Below, piece after piece: positions 1 to 10,199 of a stretch of 55,805 nucleotides of DNA. Made by a program: the position numbers and the translations under genes. The notes beneath the pieces are model-generated. The model was not told where the DNA came from, made no database searches, and saw only the letters and a list, made by a program, of their open reading frames with translations. Source of the DNA: Nitrospinaceae bacterium (GTDB lineage Bacteria; Nitrospinota; Nitrospinia; Nitrospinales; VA-1). The DNA is taken from contig JAJDAV010000039.1 in assembly GCA_029261695.1 (NCBI GenBank), positions 1 to 55,805 of the forward strand. The letters run 5' to 3'. Positions within the stretch are counted from its first letter, which is position 1. Every line of letters starts with the position of its first letter.

Positions 1-186
1 ATTGTGATTCGACATGGGTGTCGACAGGATATGCGGTTTTAAATTTGGGTGAGTGTATGGATAAGGCTCAACGGCTAAGTAATGCACTTCCCAGCCTTGG
101 TCAAGAAAGGCTTCAATTTTGAATCGTAACCGTCGGCAAAAACCTCCAGGCTTATGTTTATAGTAAACGGTCAGGACGCGAAGCAT
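1..186 (-). CDS. Probable glycosyltransferase (GT4-like), N-terminal fragment running off the window edge
   Basis: Hand translation from ATG at 186: MLRVLTVYYKHKPGGFCRRLRFKIEAFLDQGWEVHYLAVEP..., a typical GT-B N-terminus. Abuts the stop of the upstream GT4 gene. Not in the ORF track. Confidence 0.7.
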   Translation of the reverse strand, partial: MLRVLTVYYKHKPGGFCRRLRFKIEAFLDQGWEVHYLAVEPYPYTHPNLKPHILSTPMSNHN

Positions 187-1395
187 TTATTTCATAGTTG
201 AGGAATGAAGCTGTTGATAAATGGATAGCAGTTTTTCTGCCTGTATCTTCCAACTGCCAAATTCATTGCGTATTCTTTTTACTGCGTTTTTCCCAAGTTG
301 TTCCTGCTGGTCTTGATTTTGAATCAAAAAATTTAATTTTTCAGCCAATTCTTCTTTTGAATTGGATTCAAATAGAAGGCCTTCAATATTATCCTGAATA
401 AGTTCGGGAATTCCCCCAACGTTTGATGCTATCACGGGTAAGCCGCATCCCATAGCTTCTAATAGAGCATTTGGTGTACCTTCGCTTAAACTTGATAACA
501 CAAAAATATCGGCTGCATTCAACCATTGAGAAAGAGAATTATGTTCTTTGAATCCCAGTAAGAAAATTTTTTGCGCTAACCCTTTTTGTCTAATCTGTTT
601 GTCCAGGTTTTGTTTTTCCTCACCCTCTCCAATGATGTACAAATTCCAAGTTGGATTGGATTCAGACAATTTGCTAAAAGCATCGATGAGCAATGAATGG
701 TTTTTTGTTCTATTCAGGCTGCCTACAGAAAGAATAATCTTGTGATCTACATTTAACCCTAAGCTATTCTTGGCTTCAAGGGAGTCCTGAGGTTTGAAAA
801 GATTTAGATTCACTCCATTGCGTATCAAAAATGTTTTTTCGGGATTGAACCCTCGAGATATTAAATACGACTTTAAACTGATGTCCTCGCAAATGATGGC
901 ATCTGCTGTATTTAGAACAGATAAAATGATTTTTGATAATATGGGAACTCGTGCAATAAGTTTATCAGAACCCCACAGGGTGATGACTACAGGTCTGGGT
1001 TTAATTAATCGAACCATTAGAGCTATGATTCCCGAAGCTGACCAGAATGCATGTATTATCTGAGTTTTACGAGCAGACCTTAATGCAGCAAAGAAAAAAT
1101 TAATTAATAAAAATGGAAGTTGAAACCAAACTAACAATCGCGGTTGGGTGATTATTCCCGATCCATAAGCCAGTTTTTGCCAAGCCCTTGGATAGAAATA
1201 AGGAAATCGAACAGTATCAAACTTTTCAGGAAGCGGGCGAGAGACAGGATCATCTGGAGCGACGACTTCTAATTTAATCCCCAGATTGGTTAACTCCTGG
1301 GCATAGTGAAGTACAAAGTTGCCAGCGAAATCTCCCTCAAAACGAGGGAATGAAGTGCTCAGGAAGCTGATATTAACTGGACCACTTTGTTTCAT
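187..1395 (-). CDS. Glycosyltransferase family 4 (GT-B fold)
   Basis: Motifs DIFVLSSLSEGTPNALLEAMGCGLPVIASNVGGIPE and FPRFEGDFAGNFV. ATG at 1395 preferred over TTG at 1401. Confidence 0.92.
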   Translation of the reverse strand: MKQSGPVNISFLSTSFPRFEGDFAGNFVLHYAQELTNLGIKLEVVAPDDPVSRPLPEKFDTVRFPYFYPRAWQKLAYGSGIITQPRLLVWFQLPFLLINFFFAALRSARKTQIIHAFWSASGIIALMVRLIKPRPVVITLWGSDKLIARVPILSKIILSVLNTADAIICEDISLKSYLISRGFNPEKTFLIRNGVNLNLFKPQDSLEAKNSLGLNVDHKIILSVGSLNRTKNHSLLIDAFSKLSESNPTWNLYIIGEGEEKQNLDKQIRQKGLAQKIFLLGFKEHNSLSQWLNAADIFVLSSLSEGTPNALLEAMGCGLPVIASNVGGIPELIQDNIEGLLFESNSKEELAEKLNFLIQNQDQQEQLGKNAVKRIRNEFGSWKIQAEKLLSIYQQLHSSTMK

Positions 1396-1433
1396 AGTCA
1401 AATCATACCAGTAATTCTGACTAATTTTTCTTC

Positions 1434-1613
1434 TTACAACTTTACTATTAAGGATTTCGCTAAAATAAGATGTTTCAAACGGCCCTTCTTTGTCGAAGTA
1501 TCAAGAGCATTCTTATTTTTTTGCAGCTCATCCTTATTGATTTTCCTATCGCCAAAGGCTTTTTTTAGATAGGACACAACCTCTTCTTTGCCATTCTCTG
1601 AGATATCAAACAT
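1434..1613 (-). CDS. Small basic hypothetical protein (~59 aa)
   Basis: ATG at 1613 preceded by SD-like GAGGT. Co-oriented with and 38 bp upstream of the GT4 gene, with a sigma70-like promoter upstream. Confidence 0.55.
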   Translation of the reverse strand: MFDISENGKEEVVSYLKKAFGDRKINKDELQKNKNALDTSTKKGRLKHLILAKSLIVKL

Positions 1614-1643
1614 AATTGACCTCAATTTGGTTCAAAAATCCCC

Positions 1644-1670
1644 TTTTTCTCTCGAGAATCGAGAGAAAAA
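1644..1670. repeat. Perfect 12-bp inverted repeat (hairpin)
   Basis: TTTTTCTCTCGA-GAA-TCGAGAGAAAAA. Confidence 0.8.
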
Positions 1671-1709
1671 CCCAGAACCCTTAATTTTTATTTTTGGAAA
1701 TATTTGTCT

Positions 1710-1737
1710 ATTATCCACATATCTCCTTATTTGTCAA
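1710..1737 (-). promoter_or_regulatory. Putative sigma70 promoter for the small-protein/GT4 operon
   Basis: Minus strand TTGACA-N16-GATAAT. Confidence 0.5.
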
Positions 1738-1775
1738 TAAGTTAAATGGGGTGATAAGGCTGCTTTTGTTACTAT

Positions 1776-1804
1776 TTGGTATTTAAGGCAATAAAAGGTA
1801 GAAT
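1776..1804 (+). promoter_or_regulatory. Putative sigma70 promoter for the small membrane peptide
   Basis: TTGGTA-N17-TAGAAT. Confidence 0.45.
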
Positions 1805-1848
1805 TTAACCTTTGATTTTTAGATTTAATTTCAACTGGGAGATATGAA

Positions 1849-1941
1849 ATGAGTTTAAGTTTGGCAATATCAGTTGGGCTAGGCGGCGTGATTGCATTTA
1901 CTGTTATTTATTATTTTGTTACAGAGTGGAACGCTGATTAG
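1849..1941 (+). CDS. Small single-pass membrane peptide (30 aa)
   Basis: MSLSLAISVGLGGVIAFTVIYYFVTEWNAD*, with SD GGAGA at 1838-1842. Fills an otherwise empty gap and is below the ORF-track cutoff. Confidence 0.65.
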   Translation: MSLSLAISVGLGGVIAFTVIYYFVTEWNAD

Positions 1942-1952
1942 AAAAAACGTAG

Positions 1953-2231
1953 TTAGTTTGTGGCAGGTTGAATTATTAGTGCGAATTCTTTATTTACAAG
2001 TGACTCTTTTTTCTTTTTAGGCCATTTTTTTATAGCAGCCTCGTTTTTTAATGCTTGTGATCGGCTACCGATCTTTTTATGGAATACCAATTTTAGAGGC
2101 CCCTTTCCTCTTAAAAATTTAGCAGACTTGGTTCCCCCTTCTTGGTGCTCCTTGAATCTTCTTTTAACATCTTGCGTTATACCTGTATAAAGAAATCCCT
2201 CTCTGGTTCTTATTAAATATAAGTACCACAT
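1953..2231 (-). CDS. GIY-YIG nuclease family protein (UPF0213/YhbQ-like)
   Basis: WYLYLIR...[19 protein letters not shown]...[13 protein letters not shown]...[10 protein letters not shown]. Confidence 0.9.
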   Translation of the reverse strand: MWYLYLIRTREGFLYTGITQDVKRRFKEHQEGGTKSAKFLRGKGPLKLVFHKKIGSRSQALKNEAAIKKWPKKKKESLVNKEFALIIQPATN

Positions 2232-2236
2232 ACTTT

Positions 2237-3382
2237 TTAGAGCTTATTGGGTTTAAACATCGGTAGGAAATCGGAGAGCCCTTCTTCTTCAAATTTTTCA
2301 ACGGGAACAAACCTTAGTGAAGCGGAATTAATGCAGTACCTTTTACCCGTGGGTTTGGGGCCATCGTTAAAAAGGTGACCTAAATGGGAATCCGCATTTA
2401 CCGATCTAACCTCGACTCGGGTCATGTTGTAAGAAGTGTCAGTGTGGTTGACTACATTTTCAGGAACCAGAGGCCTTGTAAAAGAGGGCCAACCTGTCCC
2501 TGATTTAAATTTATCCTTGGAACTGAACAAAGGTTCGCCGGAAACAATATCAACATAAATGCCGGCCCGTTTATTGTCCCAATATTTATTCTTATACGGT
2601 GGCTCTGTACCATTTTTCTGAGTAACGTAGTATTGCAGCTTGCTAAGCTTTTTTATGGACTGACTCTTATCTGCAACTCTAATAATTTGGGGCGATTCTA
2701 ATCTATCCCTATATGATATTTTGTATTCTTTATCATCTCCCCAAATTTTATTTATATATTCGTCACGGCCAGAACCTGCACGGTAAATTTTGTAGCGTAT
2801 ATAACTTTTCTTGAAAAAATCTTGGTGATACTCTTCAGCCCTGTAAAAAGGGGATGCGGCAGCTATTGGAGTGATGATTGTTTTTTTGAAACGACCACTT
2901 TTCACTAATTTGATTTTAGAGTCTTCAGCGATTTCTTTTTGCTCCTCGCTTGTGTAAAAAATCCCTGTTCGGTACTGCGCTCCGCGATCAACAAACTGAC
3001 CGCCATCGTCAGTGGGATTAATATTCCGCCAAAAAACTTCGAGAATGTCTGAGTAAGAAATTTTTTCAGGATCAAAATGTATTTCAACGGCTTCTAAATG
3101 CTGGGTCTGACCCGATGCCACTTTTTTGTAAACAGCATTTTTCTTTTCTCCTCCGGTGTAACCGGAAATCGCCTGTGAAACCCCCGGCAGATCTTCAAAC
3201 GGGTGTTCCATGCACCAGAAGCAACCCCCTGCAAGAATGGCTATTTCTTCATTTCCGTTCGTGCTTTTAGCATGGATGATTTCTGGCTGCTTATATGAAA
3301 CATTGTTTGTATTCTCAGGTAAAAACTTAGTGAGAAGAAAAACGCTGATAAATAATATAAATGCTGCGTATAGTTTATTCAT
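2237..3382 (-). CDS. msrAB: Bifunctional methionine sulfoxide reductase MsrA/MsrB with N-terminal signal/anchor
   Basis: MsrA GGCFW and AEEYHQ; MsrB GWPSF, HLGH and RYCINS; hydrophobic N-terminus. Confidence 0.95.
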   Translation of the reverse strand: MNKLYAAFILFISVFLLTKFLPENTNNVSYKQPEIIHAKSTNGNEEIAILAGGCFWCMEHPFEDLPGVSQAISGYTGGEKKNAVYKKVASGQTQHLEAVEIHFDPEKISYSDILEVFWRNINPTDDGGQFVDRGAQYRTGIFYTSEEQKEIAEDSKIKLVKSGRFKKTIITPIAAASPFYRAEEYHQDFFKKSYIRYKIYRAGSGRDEYINKIWGDDKEYKISYRDRLESPQIIRVADKSQSIKKLSKLQYYVTQKNGTEPPYKNKYWDNKRAGIYVDIVSGEPLFSSKDKFKSGTGWPSFTRPLVPENVVNHTDTSYNMTRVEVRSVNADSHLGHLFNDGPKPTGKRYCINSASLRFVPVEKFEEEGLSDFLPMFKPNKL

Positions 3383-3521
3383 TATTTTAGTCCTTTTTCA
3401 GATTGCCCCAGCAAAAATTTAAAGTACTTTGATGATAACAGAACTTTAATATGTCTGCATCTAAGTCGCACTGAGGGTTTAAGGCTTACAAAATAAATAG
3501 TGAGATTAGGGAGTTTTTAAA

Positions 3522-4217
3522 TTATTTGTTTTTGGGGCTATAGGAGGCGGCAGAGTTTAGGGCTTTATTTTTGGGTAATTGAGGTTGAATCTGCATAGCT
3601 GTTTGTAAAGGATGTATGGCTTTGTTGAACCGTCCCAATTTCATATAAATTTGCCCCAATGCATAATGCGCTTCTGCATTAGAAGGAGAAAGCCGAATGG
3701 TTTCTTGAATTGATACCAATGCTTCTTTGTAGCGATTAGTTAGAAAATACGATAAAGCTAGAAAATAGTGTGCTTCCTGATAATCGGGGTCGAGCTTGAT
3801 AGTCTTTTTATAATATTGGCTGGCTTCCTGATGTCTTTTGTTGGCGGCGTATGCAAGGGCAAGTTTGAAATTGGCTTCTGCCATATTCGGATCCAATCGA
3901 ACAGTTGCCTGCAACTGCTTTAACTTTTCCGGATGCCGTCCAACAGCACCATACGCAAGTGCTAAATGGAAATGGGTCTTTGAGTTGTTTTCTCTAAGCA
4001 TTAAAGATTTTTCAAGAGGATCAATAGCCTCCTGGTACAACTCTTTTTTCAAATACACTAATCCCAACTCAGAAAGTAATTCAGGGTCTGCTGGATTCTT
4101 TTCGAGAGCAAATTGTAATGCCGTTATCGATTTTTCTTCTTTGGAATCTTGAGAAAATGAAGAGGTAGCTACGAATAGAAGGGTCAGACTTGTGAGTAAA
4201 ATAATGGTTTTTTTCAC
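3522..4217 (-). CDS. Exported tetratricopeptide repeat protein
   Basis: Signal peptide followed by about five 34-aa TPR units (e.g. AEAHYALGQIYMKLGRFNKAI). Confidence 0.88.
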   Translation of the reverse strand: MKKTIILLTSLTLLFVATSSFSQDSKEEKSITALQFALEKNPADPELLSELGLVYLKKELYQEAIDPLEKSLMLRENNSKTHFHLALAYGAVGRHPEKLKQLQATVRLDPNMAEANFKLALAYAANKRHQEASQYYKKTIKLDPDYQEAHYFLALSYFLTNRYKEALVSIQETIRLSPSNAEAHYALGQIYMKLGRFNKAIHPLQTAMQIQPQLPKNKALNSAASYSPKNK

Positions 4218-4544
4218 AATGGTTATCCTAAAATTATGGAAGCCATTTCCCCGAAGAATGGATGAGAAATATATCCTTTTGAATTGTTACTGTAAAGCCG
4301 GAAAGTATAAAGCTAATTGATTCAATCTGATTGAAGGGAGGGTTTTTTGAGTGCCAAATTAAAAAATAACACTGGAGCTAGGGTAGCTGATAAATCAAAG
4401 TGTTAGCAAACCTATTAATAGAATCGCAAATTTTTTAAGACTTGTAATAGTAATATTTCTTTGTATTAACGCTATTTAATCGTTTGTTTAGATTCGTGAG
4501 GAATTGAACTCATGATTTCATGAAATGAACGAAGGCTTGGCAAT

Positions 4545-5801
4545 TTATTTATCCTGGCTTTTGATAAAACTGAAAATGTCATCCACCATACTTTGGAATT
4601 CCGGATTGAAAGTTAACCGCCTGACGGGGTTTCCTTTATTCTTGTCAGATTTTTCTCCATATTTTACTTTTGAATTTATATTAATTTCTTGTTTACAGAT
4701 TTTTAACTTATCGGCGCTGGATGAATAGGCCAGGCAATTTTTATATTCTCCATTTTTGCCGTAATAACTATTGGATGGATCTATAGGTATGGATAAATGA
4801 GCGTAGTTTAAGACGCCAAGAAATTTATCATCAATTTTTTGATGTTTAATTTGTCCCCCTGTGCAGCTTTTAATATCGTTTTCATTAGTTGTTTCTACGC
4901 CGGTGTACCAAAGTAATTTGTTTTTATTATTTTTGGTGTGGTTGCAGAAAAAATCTTTTGCCAGGTATGGGTCTACTGTGGCATCTGCGGAACTGAGGGC
5001 CATATAAATAGGGATTGTGATGGGTGGATTATCGGTTGCAAGCTGGCGTAGCTCCTTGGCCAAATAGTGGAATTGGGCGCCGGCGTTAGCGGGAAAAGAT
5101 TCGTATTTAACCTTATCCTCGTCTGGTAATAAGTCCAACCAACCCGCTTTGGGAATAAGCTTGCCTATGCTCCCAATGAATCCCGCAACAAAGCCTAGGG
5201 AAGTATTTTCTTTAATACCTGGAGAAAGTAAAATCAGACCTTTTATGCTTTTCGGATTCTTTTTCCGTATCACATGGTGCAGGGCTAGTGAGGCACCCGT
5301 TGAAAAGCCTGCAATATATAGATTGTCGACTATTCCACTAAAGCTATCTATTCCAGAATCTATTGCTTCGATCCATTGAGTGTATTTAATGTTTAATAGG
5401 TCACCGGGGACAGTGCCGTGACCGGGTAAAAGGATTGATCTAACCCAAAAGCAGTTTTCTTGAAAATTTTTGCCAAGGTCCCGCATGAGAAATGGAGAAT
5501 CGGTCAATCCGTGGATTAATAAGACTCCTCTAGAAGAATTTGAATCACCACAATTTTCCTGATTGGGTTGGTATTCGAAGGGCAAGCGGGCATCAATCCA
5601 TTTTTGCTTAAGGTCTCCCTTCGTTGCTTTTTTAACAATTTTTTCAGTCTCAGCTATATAAGTAGAAAAATTTTTGTTTGGAATTGGGGTTTTAAATCCC
5701 GAGGGGATATGCCGTGTTTCCAAGCTTCCACTGCATCCGAATAAACCCAGCGCTAAGAACTGAATCAATATAAATTTGGAAAAACTAAATTGAATAGCCA
5801 T
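4545..5801 (-). CDS. Alpha/beta hydrolase lipoprotein (esterase/lysophospholipase-like)
   Basis: Lipobox LGLFGC, oxyanion motif LLIHGLTDSP, nucleophile elbow GFSTG. Confidence 0.85.
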   Translation of the reverse strand: MAIQFSFSKFILIQFLALGLFGCSGSLETRHIPSGFKTPIPNKNFSTYIAETEKIVKKATKGDLKQKWIDARLPFEYQPNQENCGDSNSSRGVLLIHGLTDSPFLMRDLGKNFQENCFWVRSILLPGHGTVPGDLLNIKYTQWIEAIDSGIDSFSGIVDNLYIAGFSTGASLALHHVIRKKNPKSIKGLILLSPGIKENTSLGFVAGFIGSIGKLIPKAGWLDLLPDEDKVKYESFPANAGAQFHYLAKELRQLATDNPPITIPIYMALSSADATVDPYLAKDFFCNHTKNNKNKLLWYTGVETTNENDIKSCTGGQIKHQKIDDKFLGVLNYAHLSIPIDPSNSYYGKNGEYKNCLAYSSSADKLKICKQEININSKVKYGEKSDKNKGNPVRRLTFNPEFQSMVDDIFSFIKSQDK

Positions 5802-5834
5802 TAATTTTCCTTGTATTTCTCTGCTTCGAAAATT

Positions 5835-7841
5835 TCATTGATGGGCGTGACAACGAACAAAACATTTTTTATCGCCCGATACTTCTGGATATTGTGTGGT
5901 ACATTTTTTTGCCAACGAAGACCCCGGTTCTTCATTAAGGTAAATAGGGCAACGCGGATGAAAATGACAAGCTGCTGGTGGGTTGAGAGGGGAGGGGACA
6001 TCACCTGTCAAAGGCTCAAAGGGTTTCTGTTCCCCTAAATCAGGTACGGACTTCAGTAGGGATCGAGTATATGGGTGTTTGGGGTTATTAAATACTTCCT
6101 CTACATCGCCTTGCTCTACAATTTTTCCAAGATACATTATTGCAATAATGTCAGCCAGGTATCTTACTACGCTTAAATTGTGGCTGATAAATAAATAGGT
6201 GAGATTTCGCTTTTCCTGCAATTCTTTGAGTAAATTTAGTACTTGTGCTTGTACCGATACATCCAAAGCGCTGGTAGGCTCGTCTAACACAAGAAACTCG
6301 GGTTCAAGAATCAGTGCTCTTGCTATGGCAATGCGCTGGCGTTGTCCTCCTGAAAACTCATGTGGGTAACGTTCCAATACCGAAGTGTTCAAACCCACTT
6401 CTTCCATGACGCGGGAAATTTTTTCCGTCCATTCCTCCTGTGATAAATCTGGCTGGTGGACTTCCAAGCCCTCAGAAATAATCCCTTCAAGGGTCATTCT
6501 AGGTTGCAAGGAACCAAATGGATCTTGAAACACCATTTGCATATGTTTACGAAAACTTTTGAGATCATTCCCGTTTAATTGCATTACATCTCGACCTGAA
6601 AAAATTACTTCTCCCTTTGCATGAGAGTTTAATTTTAAAATCGATTCTCCCAAGGTAGTTTTCCCGCAACCCGATTCGCCTACTAATGCAACCGTTGACC
6701 CTTTAGGTATTTCCAGATCAACATGATCTACGGCGCGGATGTGGGCAACCGTCCGTAAGAAAACGCCTTTTCGAACTGGGAAAAAGGTGCTCAGGTTTTT
6801 GATGGAAATTAGAGACTCATTGCCTATAGCGCGTTTGTTAATGGGTGTTTTTTGATTGTTTATATCCCATTTAGAATTGTTTTCTTTGTCCAACAAGTGA
6901 CAGGTTACTTTGTGACCTTCTGTTACAGTATGGGCAAGGCTTTCTTCAACGCATACATCCATCACAGCTGGGCAACGATCGGCAAAACGACACCCTTCTT
7001 TATATTCTGTGGCCGAGGGAACGATGCCGGGTATGGTGTCTAAAACGAAAGTGGGTTTTTCAAGTTTGGGGATAGAGCTGAAAAGAAGTTTTGTGTAGGG
7101 GTGGGACATGTTACTAAAAATCTCTTCACGTTTACCGTATTCGGCAACACGGCCTCCATACATAATGCAAATATCATCGGCCATCTGATTTACAATTCCC
7201 ATATCATGAGTGATGAGCAATATGGCCATGCCCGTTTGTTTTTGCAAATCACTCATCAGTCGCAATACCTGAGCTTGAATCGTTACGTCCAGCGCGGTGG
7301 TTGGTTCATCCGCAATCAGGAGTTTTGGCTCGCATGCAAGAGCCATTGCGATCATTACTCTCTGCTTCATGCCTCCTGATAATTGATGTGGGTAGTCATC
7401 GACTCGCTTATGCGGATCAGGAATTCCTACCCTGTCTAATAATTCAATGGCTCGGCTACGACAGTTCCCCTCTGCAATTTTTAGATGCTGCTTTAGAGGC
7501 TCTTGTAATTGGTCTCCAATTCGAAAAAGAGGATTGAGAGAAGTCATCGGCTCTTGAAAAATCATGGCAATGTCATTGCCACGAAGATTGCGCATTTCGT
7601 CATCATTTAAATTCGCAAGATCCTGTCCTTCGAAAAATATACTTCCTGAAGGATGATACCCATTTTCTGCAATCAACTTGATGATGGAAAAAGCCGTCTG
7701 TGTTTTTCCACAACCGGATTCCCCTACAAGTGCAAGGGTTTTTCCCTGCTGCAGATCAAATGAAACTCCATCAACAGCACGTGCAATTCTCCCAGGGCCT
7801 GCGTGAAAATGAGTCGCTAGATTCTTAACTGATAGAAGCAT
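5835..7841 (-). CDS. Peptide ABC transporter ATP-binding protein with two fused NBDs (YejF/OppDF-like)
   Basis: Two GESGCGKT Walker A motifs, LSGGM/FSGGQ signatures, Cys-containing oligo_HPY tails. Confidence 0.95.
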   Translation of the reverse strand: MLLSVKNLATHFHAGPGRIARAVDGVSFDLQQGKTLALVGESGCGKTQTAFSIIKLIAENGYHPSGSIFFEGQDLANLNDDEMRNLRGNDIAMIFQEPMTSLNPLFRIGDQLQEPLKQHLKIAEGNCRSRAIELLDRVGIPDPHKRVDDYPHQLSGGMKQRVMIAMALACEPKLLIADEPTTALDVTIQAQVLRLMSDLQKQTGMAILLITHDMGIVNQMADDICIMYGGRVAEYGKREEIFSNMSHPYTKLLFSSIPKLEKPTFVLDTIPGIVPSATEYKEGCRFADRCPAVMDVCVEESLAHTVTEGHKVTCHLLDKENNSKWDINNQKTPINKRAIGNESLISIKNLSTFFPVRKGVFLRTVAHIRAVDHVDLEIPKGSTVALVGESGCGKTTLGESILKLNSHAKGEVIFSGRDVMQLNGNDLKSFRKHMQMVFQDPFGSLQPRMTLEGIISEGLEVHQPDLSQEEWTEKISRVMEEVGLNTSVLERYPHEFSGGQRQRIAIARALILEPEFLVLDEPTSALDVSVQAQVLNLLKELQEKRNLTYLFISHNLSVVRYLADIIAIMYLGKIVEQGDVEEVFNNPKHPYTRSLLKSVPDLGEQKPFEPLTGDVPSPLNPPAACHFHPRCPIYLNEEPGSSLAKKCTTQYPEVSGDKKCFVRCHAHQ

Positions 7842-7846
7842 TATAT

Positions 7847-9052
7847 TTAAAGAGTCTTTCTTGGGTCAAAAGCGTTCCGCACACCTTCTCCTACAAATGT
7901 GAGTAGGGTGATCGTAAAACTCAGAGTTATAAATGTGGGGAGGAGTATCCATATTGCATGCAAATTATTTTTTCCTTGAGCAAGTAGCTCGCCCAGACTT
8001 GGGGCTGGGCTTGGAACTCCCAGGTTGAGAAAGTCCAGGCTAACCAGTGCTAAAATTCCTGCCGTAACCTCGAAGGGGAAAAAAGTGACTACGGGTGTCA
8101 GAGCATTGGGAAGAATATGTCGGCGCATAATTTTAAAATTAGAAACACCAAGACTTTTTGCAGCTTTCACAAACTCATAGTTTCGAATTTTTAAAAACTC
8201 AGCGCGTATATATGCGGCTATACTCATCCATGCCGTAAGATTTAATATTAGAAAAAGTAATAAGGCCGATGGTACAAGAAAAGAACTGAGTATGATTAAA
8301 ATATAAAGTCGTGGTATGGAACCCCAAATTTCAGTTAACCTCTGTCCCGACAAATCCACCCAGCCGCCAAAGAATCCCTGTGTTCCTCCAATCAGGCATC
8401 CTATTAAAGTTCCTGTTATAGCCAATGAAACTCCGAAGACCATAGATATTCTGAAACCATAAATTAACCGGGCTAATACATCACGCCCTCGATCATCGGT
8501 TCCTAAATAATGTCCATCAGCCCAGGAAGATTGATTTATCCCTTCACCATCGTGTGTTTTTGTCTCATAAGGGGCAGCCAGAACAACATTTCCTGTAATG
8601 GATTCGGTGGGGATATATTTGTAATCGTAACGAACCGGAGGCCAGAGCATCCAGTAATCTCGGGGAGAATTCTTAACGACATCGGGTATTGGTTCAACAC
8701 TTGGGGTTGGCTCTTCATCCTCATCTTCAAAGTCTCCCATATCTAATCCAAGCCCAGACCCTTCCGAGTCAATTGTGGTTGCGATGCCCCCTAACAAATC
8801 AGTAAAACCTCGAGATTTGTAATCAGGCTCACTGGGCAGACTGCCGCCAAAATCTTTTTCACTATAAGTGACAGCTATAGGGAAGTAGGGTTTGCCCTCT
8901 ACAACAATTACTAACGGTCGGACATTGCAAATCAATTCCGCGGGGAGGGATAAAACTAGAAGAGCAAACAGTATTAAAAAACTGAAATATGCTCTGCGGT
9001 CGTTTTTGAAAACACTTAGTTTTACTTTCCACTCTTTGTTCAGACGCAGCAT
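7847..9052 (-). CDS. yejE: Peptide ABC transporter permease (YejE/OppC-like)
   Basis: HYLGTDDRGRDVLARLIYGFRISM and EAA-loop AAKSLG. ATG at 9052 lies next to the upstream stop. Confidence 0.85.
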   Translation of the reverse strand: MLRLNKEWKVKLSVFKNDRRAYFSFLILFALLVLSLPAELICNVRPLVIVVEGKPYFPIAVTYSEKDFGGSLPSEPDYKSRGFTDLLGGIATTIDSEGSGLGLDMGDFEDEDEEPTPSVEPIPDVVKNSPRDYWMLWPPVRYDYKYIPTESITGNVVLAAPYETKTHDGEGINQSSWADGHYLGTDDRGRDVLARLIYGFRISMVFGVSLAITGTLIGCLIGGTQGFFGGWVDLSGQRLTEIWGSIPRLYILIILSSFLVPSALLLFLILNLTAWMSIAAYIRAEFLKIRNYEFVKAAKSLGVSNFKIMRRHILPNALTPVVTFFPFEVTAGILALVSLDFLNLGVPSPAPSLGELLAQGKNNLHAIWILLPTFITLSFTITLLTFVGEGVRNAFDPRKTL

Positions 9053-9053
9053 A

Positions 9054-10193
9054 TTACCCTTGGGACTCATCAAAAGAAATTCTGGGATCAATCAATACAT
9101 AAGAAAGATCGGTTAGCAATTGACCAATCAAAGCCATGAGAGAAAAAATAAACAGGGTTCCCAGAACAATCGGGTAGTCGCGCTGAATCACCGCTTGGTA
9201 AGAAAGCAGGCCTAATCCATCTAATGTAAATATTTGTTCCAGCAGGAGAGAACCCGTGAAAAACATGGCCATAAATGCTATTGGGAATCCAGTAACCAGA
9301 GGGATGAGAGAGTTTTTCAATACATGCTTAAAGTAAACCGTTTTTTCTGGCAACCCTTTGGCTCTAGCAGTGAGTACATATTGTTTGCGCATTTCTTCTA
9401 AAAAAGCATTCTTGGTCAACAAGGTTAGAGTGGCGAATCCACCAAGAACGTAACAGAATAGGGGGGCAGCCAGATGATGTAAGTAATCGATCAACTTTTC
9501 CCATAGAGACCAACTTTCGTAGCCGGGAGTTCCCGCTGATGTTAAGCCAGCAATGGGTATGAGATGCGCCACCGCCCCATCGCCCGGACCTAAAAGTACA
9601 ATTAGGAAGATGGCCAAAACAAAACCAGGCACGCTGTAACCAATAAGCACGATCAAACTGGTCCAGGTGTCAAATCGACTGCCATTTTTAATGGCTTTGG
9701 CAATGCCGAGAAGGATGCAAATGGTATAGGTTAAAAAGAAACTAGTGACCCCCAGCGAAGCAGAAACCGGGAGTTTCTCTTTTATCAAAGATAAAACAGA
9801 TTTGTTCCTATAGAAAGAATTGCCGAATTTAAAAACCAGAAACCCTTCCCAATTGTCGTAATTGAAAAGGGAATCGAATAGAGGCTCATCTTTCTTTTGG
9901 GGGGAATACCAGAGAAAGGTTCTTAGATATCTTTCCCAGAGCGGTCTGTCTAGATGATAAATTTTCTTCAGTTCTTCATAATGCTTTGGGTCCAATTCCT
10001 GTTGCTTGCTGTTCGGACCAGACATTGCGCCACCACCCGCTTCTGTTAGCGTACTCCCATGACCACTTAATAGAGATTTCATCTGATCGATGGGGCCACC
10101 AGGAACGAATTGAGTCGCAATGAAAGTGATGGTAACAATCCCGATCAAAGTGGGGAACATCAGTAGCAGACGACGGATTATATAAGCAGTCAT
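9054..10193 (-). CDS. yejB: Peptide ABC transporter permease (YejB/OppB-like)
   Basis: AYIIRRLLLMFPTLIGI...QFVPGGP; YVLTARAKGL; RDYPIV. Confidence 0.88.
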   Translation of the reverse strand: MTAYIIRRLLLMFPTLIGIVTITFIATQFVPGGPIDQMKSLLSGHGSTLTEAGGGAMSGPNSKQQELDPKHYEELKKIYHLDRPLWERYLRTFLWYSPQKKDEPLFDSLFNYDNWEGFLVFKFGNSFYRNKSVLSLIKEKLPVSASLGVTSFFLTYTICILLGIAKAIKNGSRFDTWTSLIVLIGYSVPGFVLAIFLIVLLGPGDGAVAHLIPIAGLTSAGTPGYESWSLWEKLIDYLHHLAAPLFCYVLGGFATLTLLTKNAFLEEMRKQYVLTARAKGLPEKTVYFKHVLKNSLIPLVTGFPIAFMAMFFTGSLLLEQIFTLDGLGLLSYQAVIQRDYPIVLGTLFIFSLMALIGQLLTDLSYVLIDPRISFDESQG

Positions 10194-10199
10194 AGATTT

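Noticed and set aside
1711-1719. Perfect DnaA box TTATCCACA overlapping a predicted -10 element
   Set aside because: Single copy. At this base composition roughly one chance match is expected per window, and I saw no box cluster or dnaA/dnaN to indicate oriC.
1953-2231. GIY-YIG nuclease as a homing endonuclease or mobile element
   Set aside because: Standalone 92-aa UPF0213 type without a DNA-binding extension, intron context or flanking repeats.
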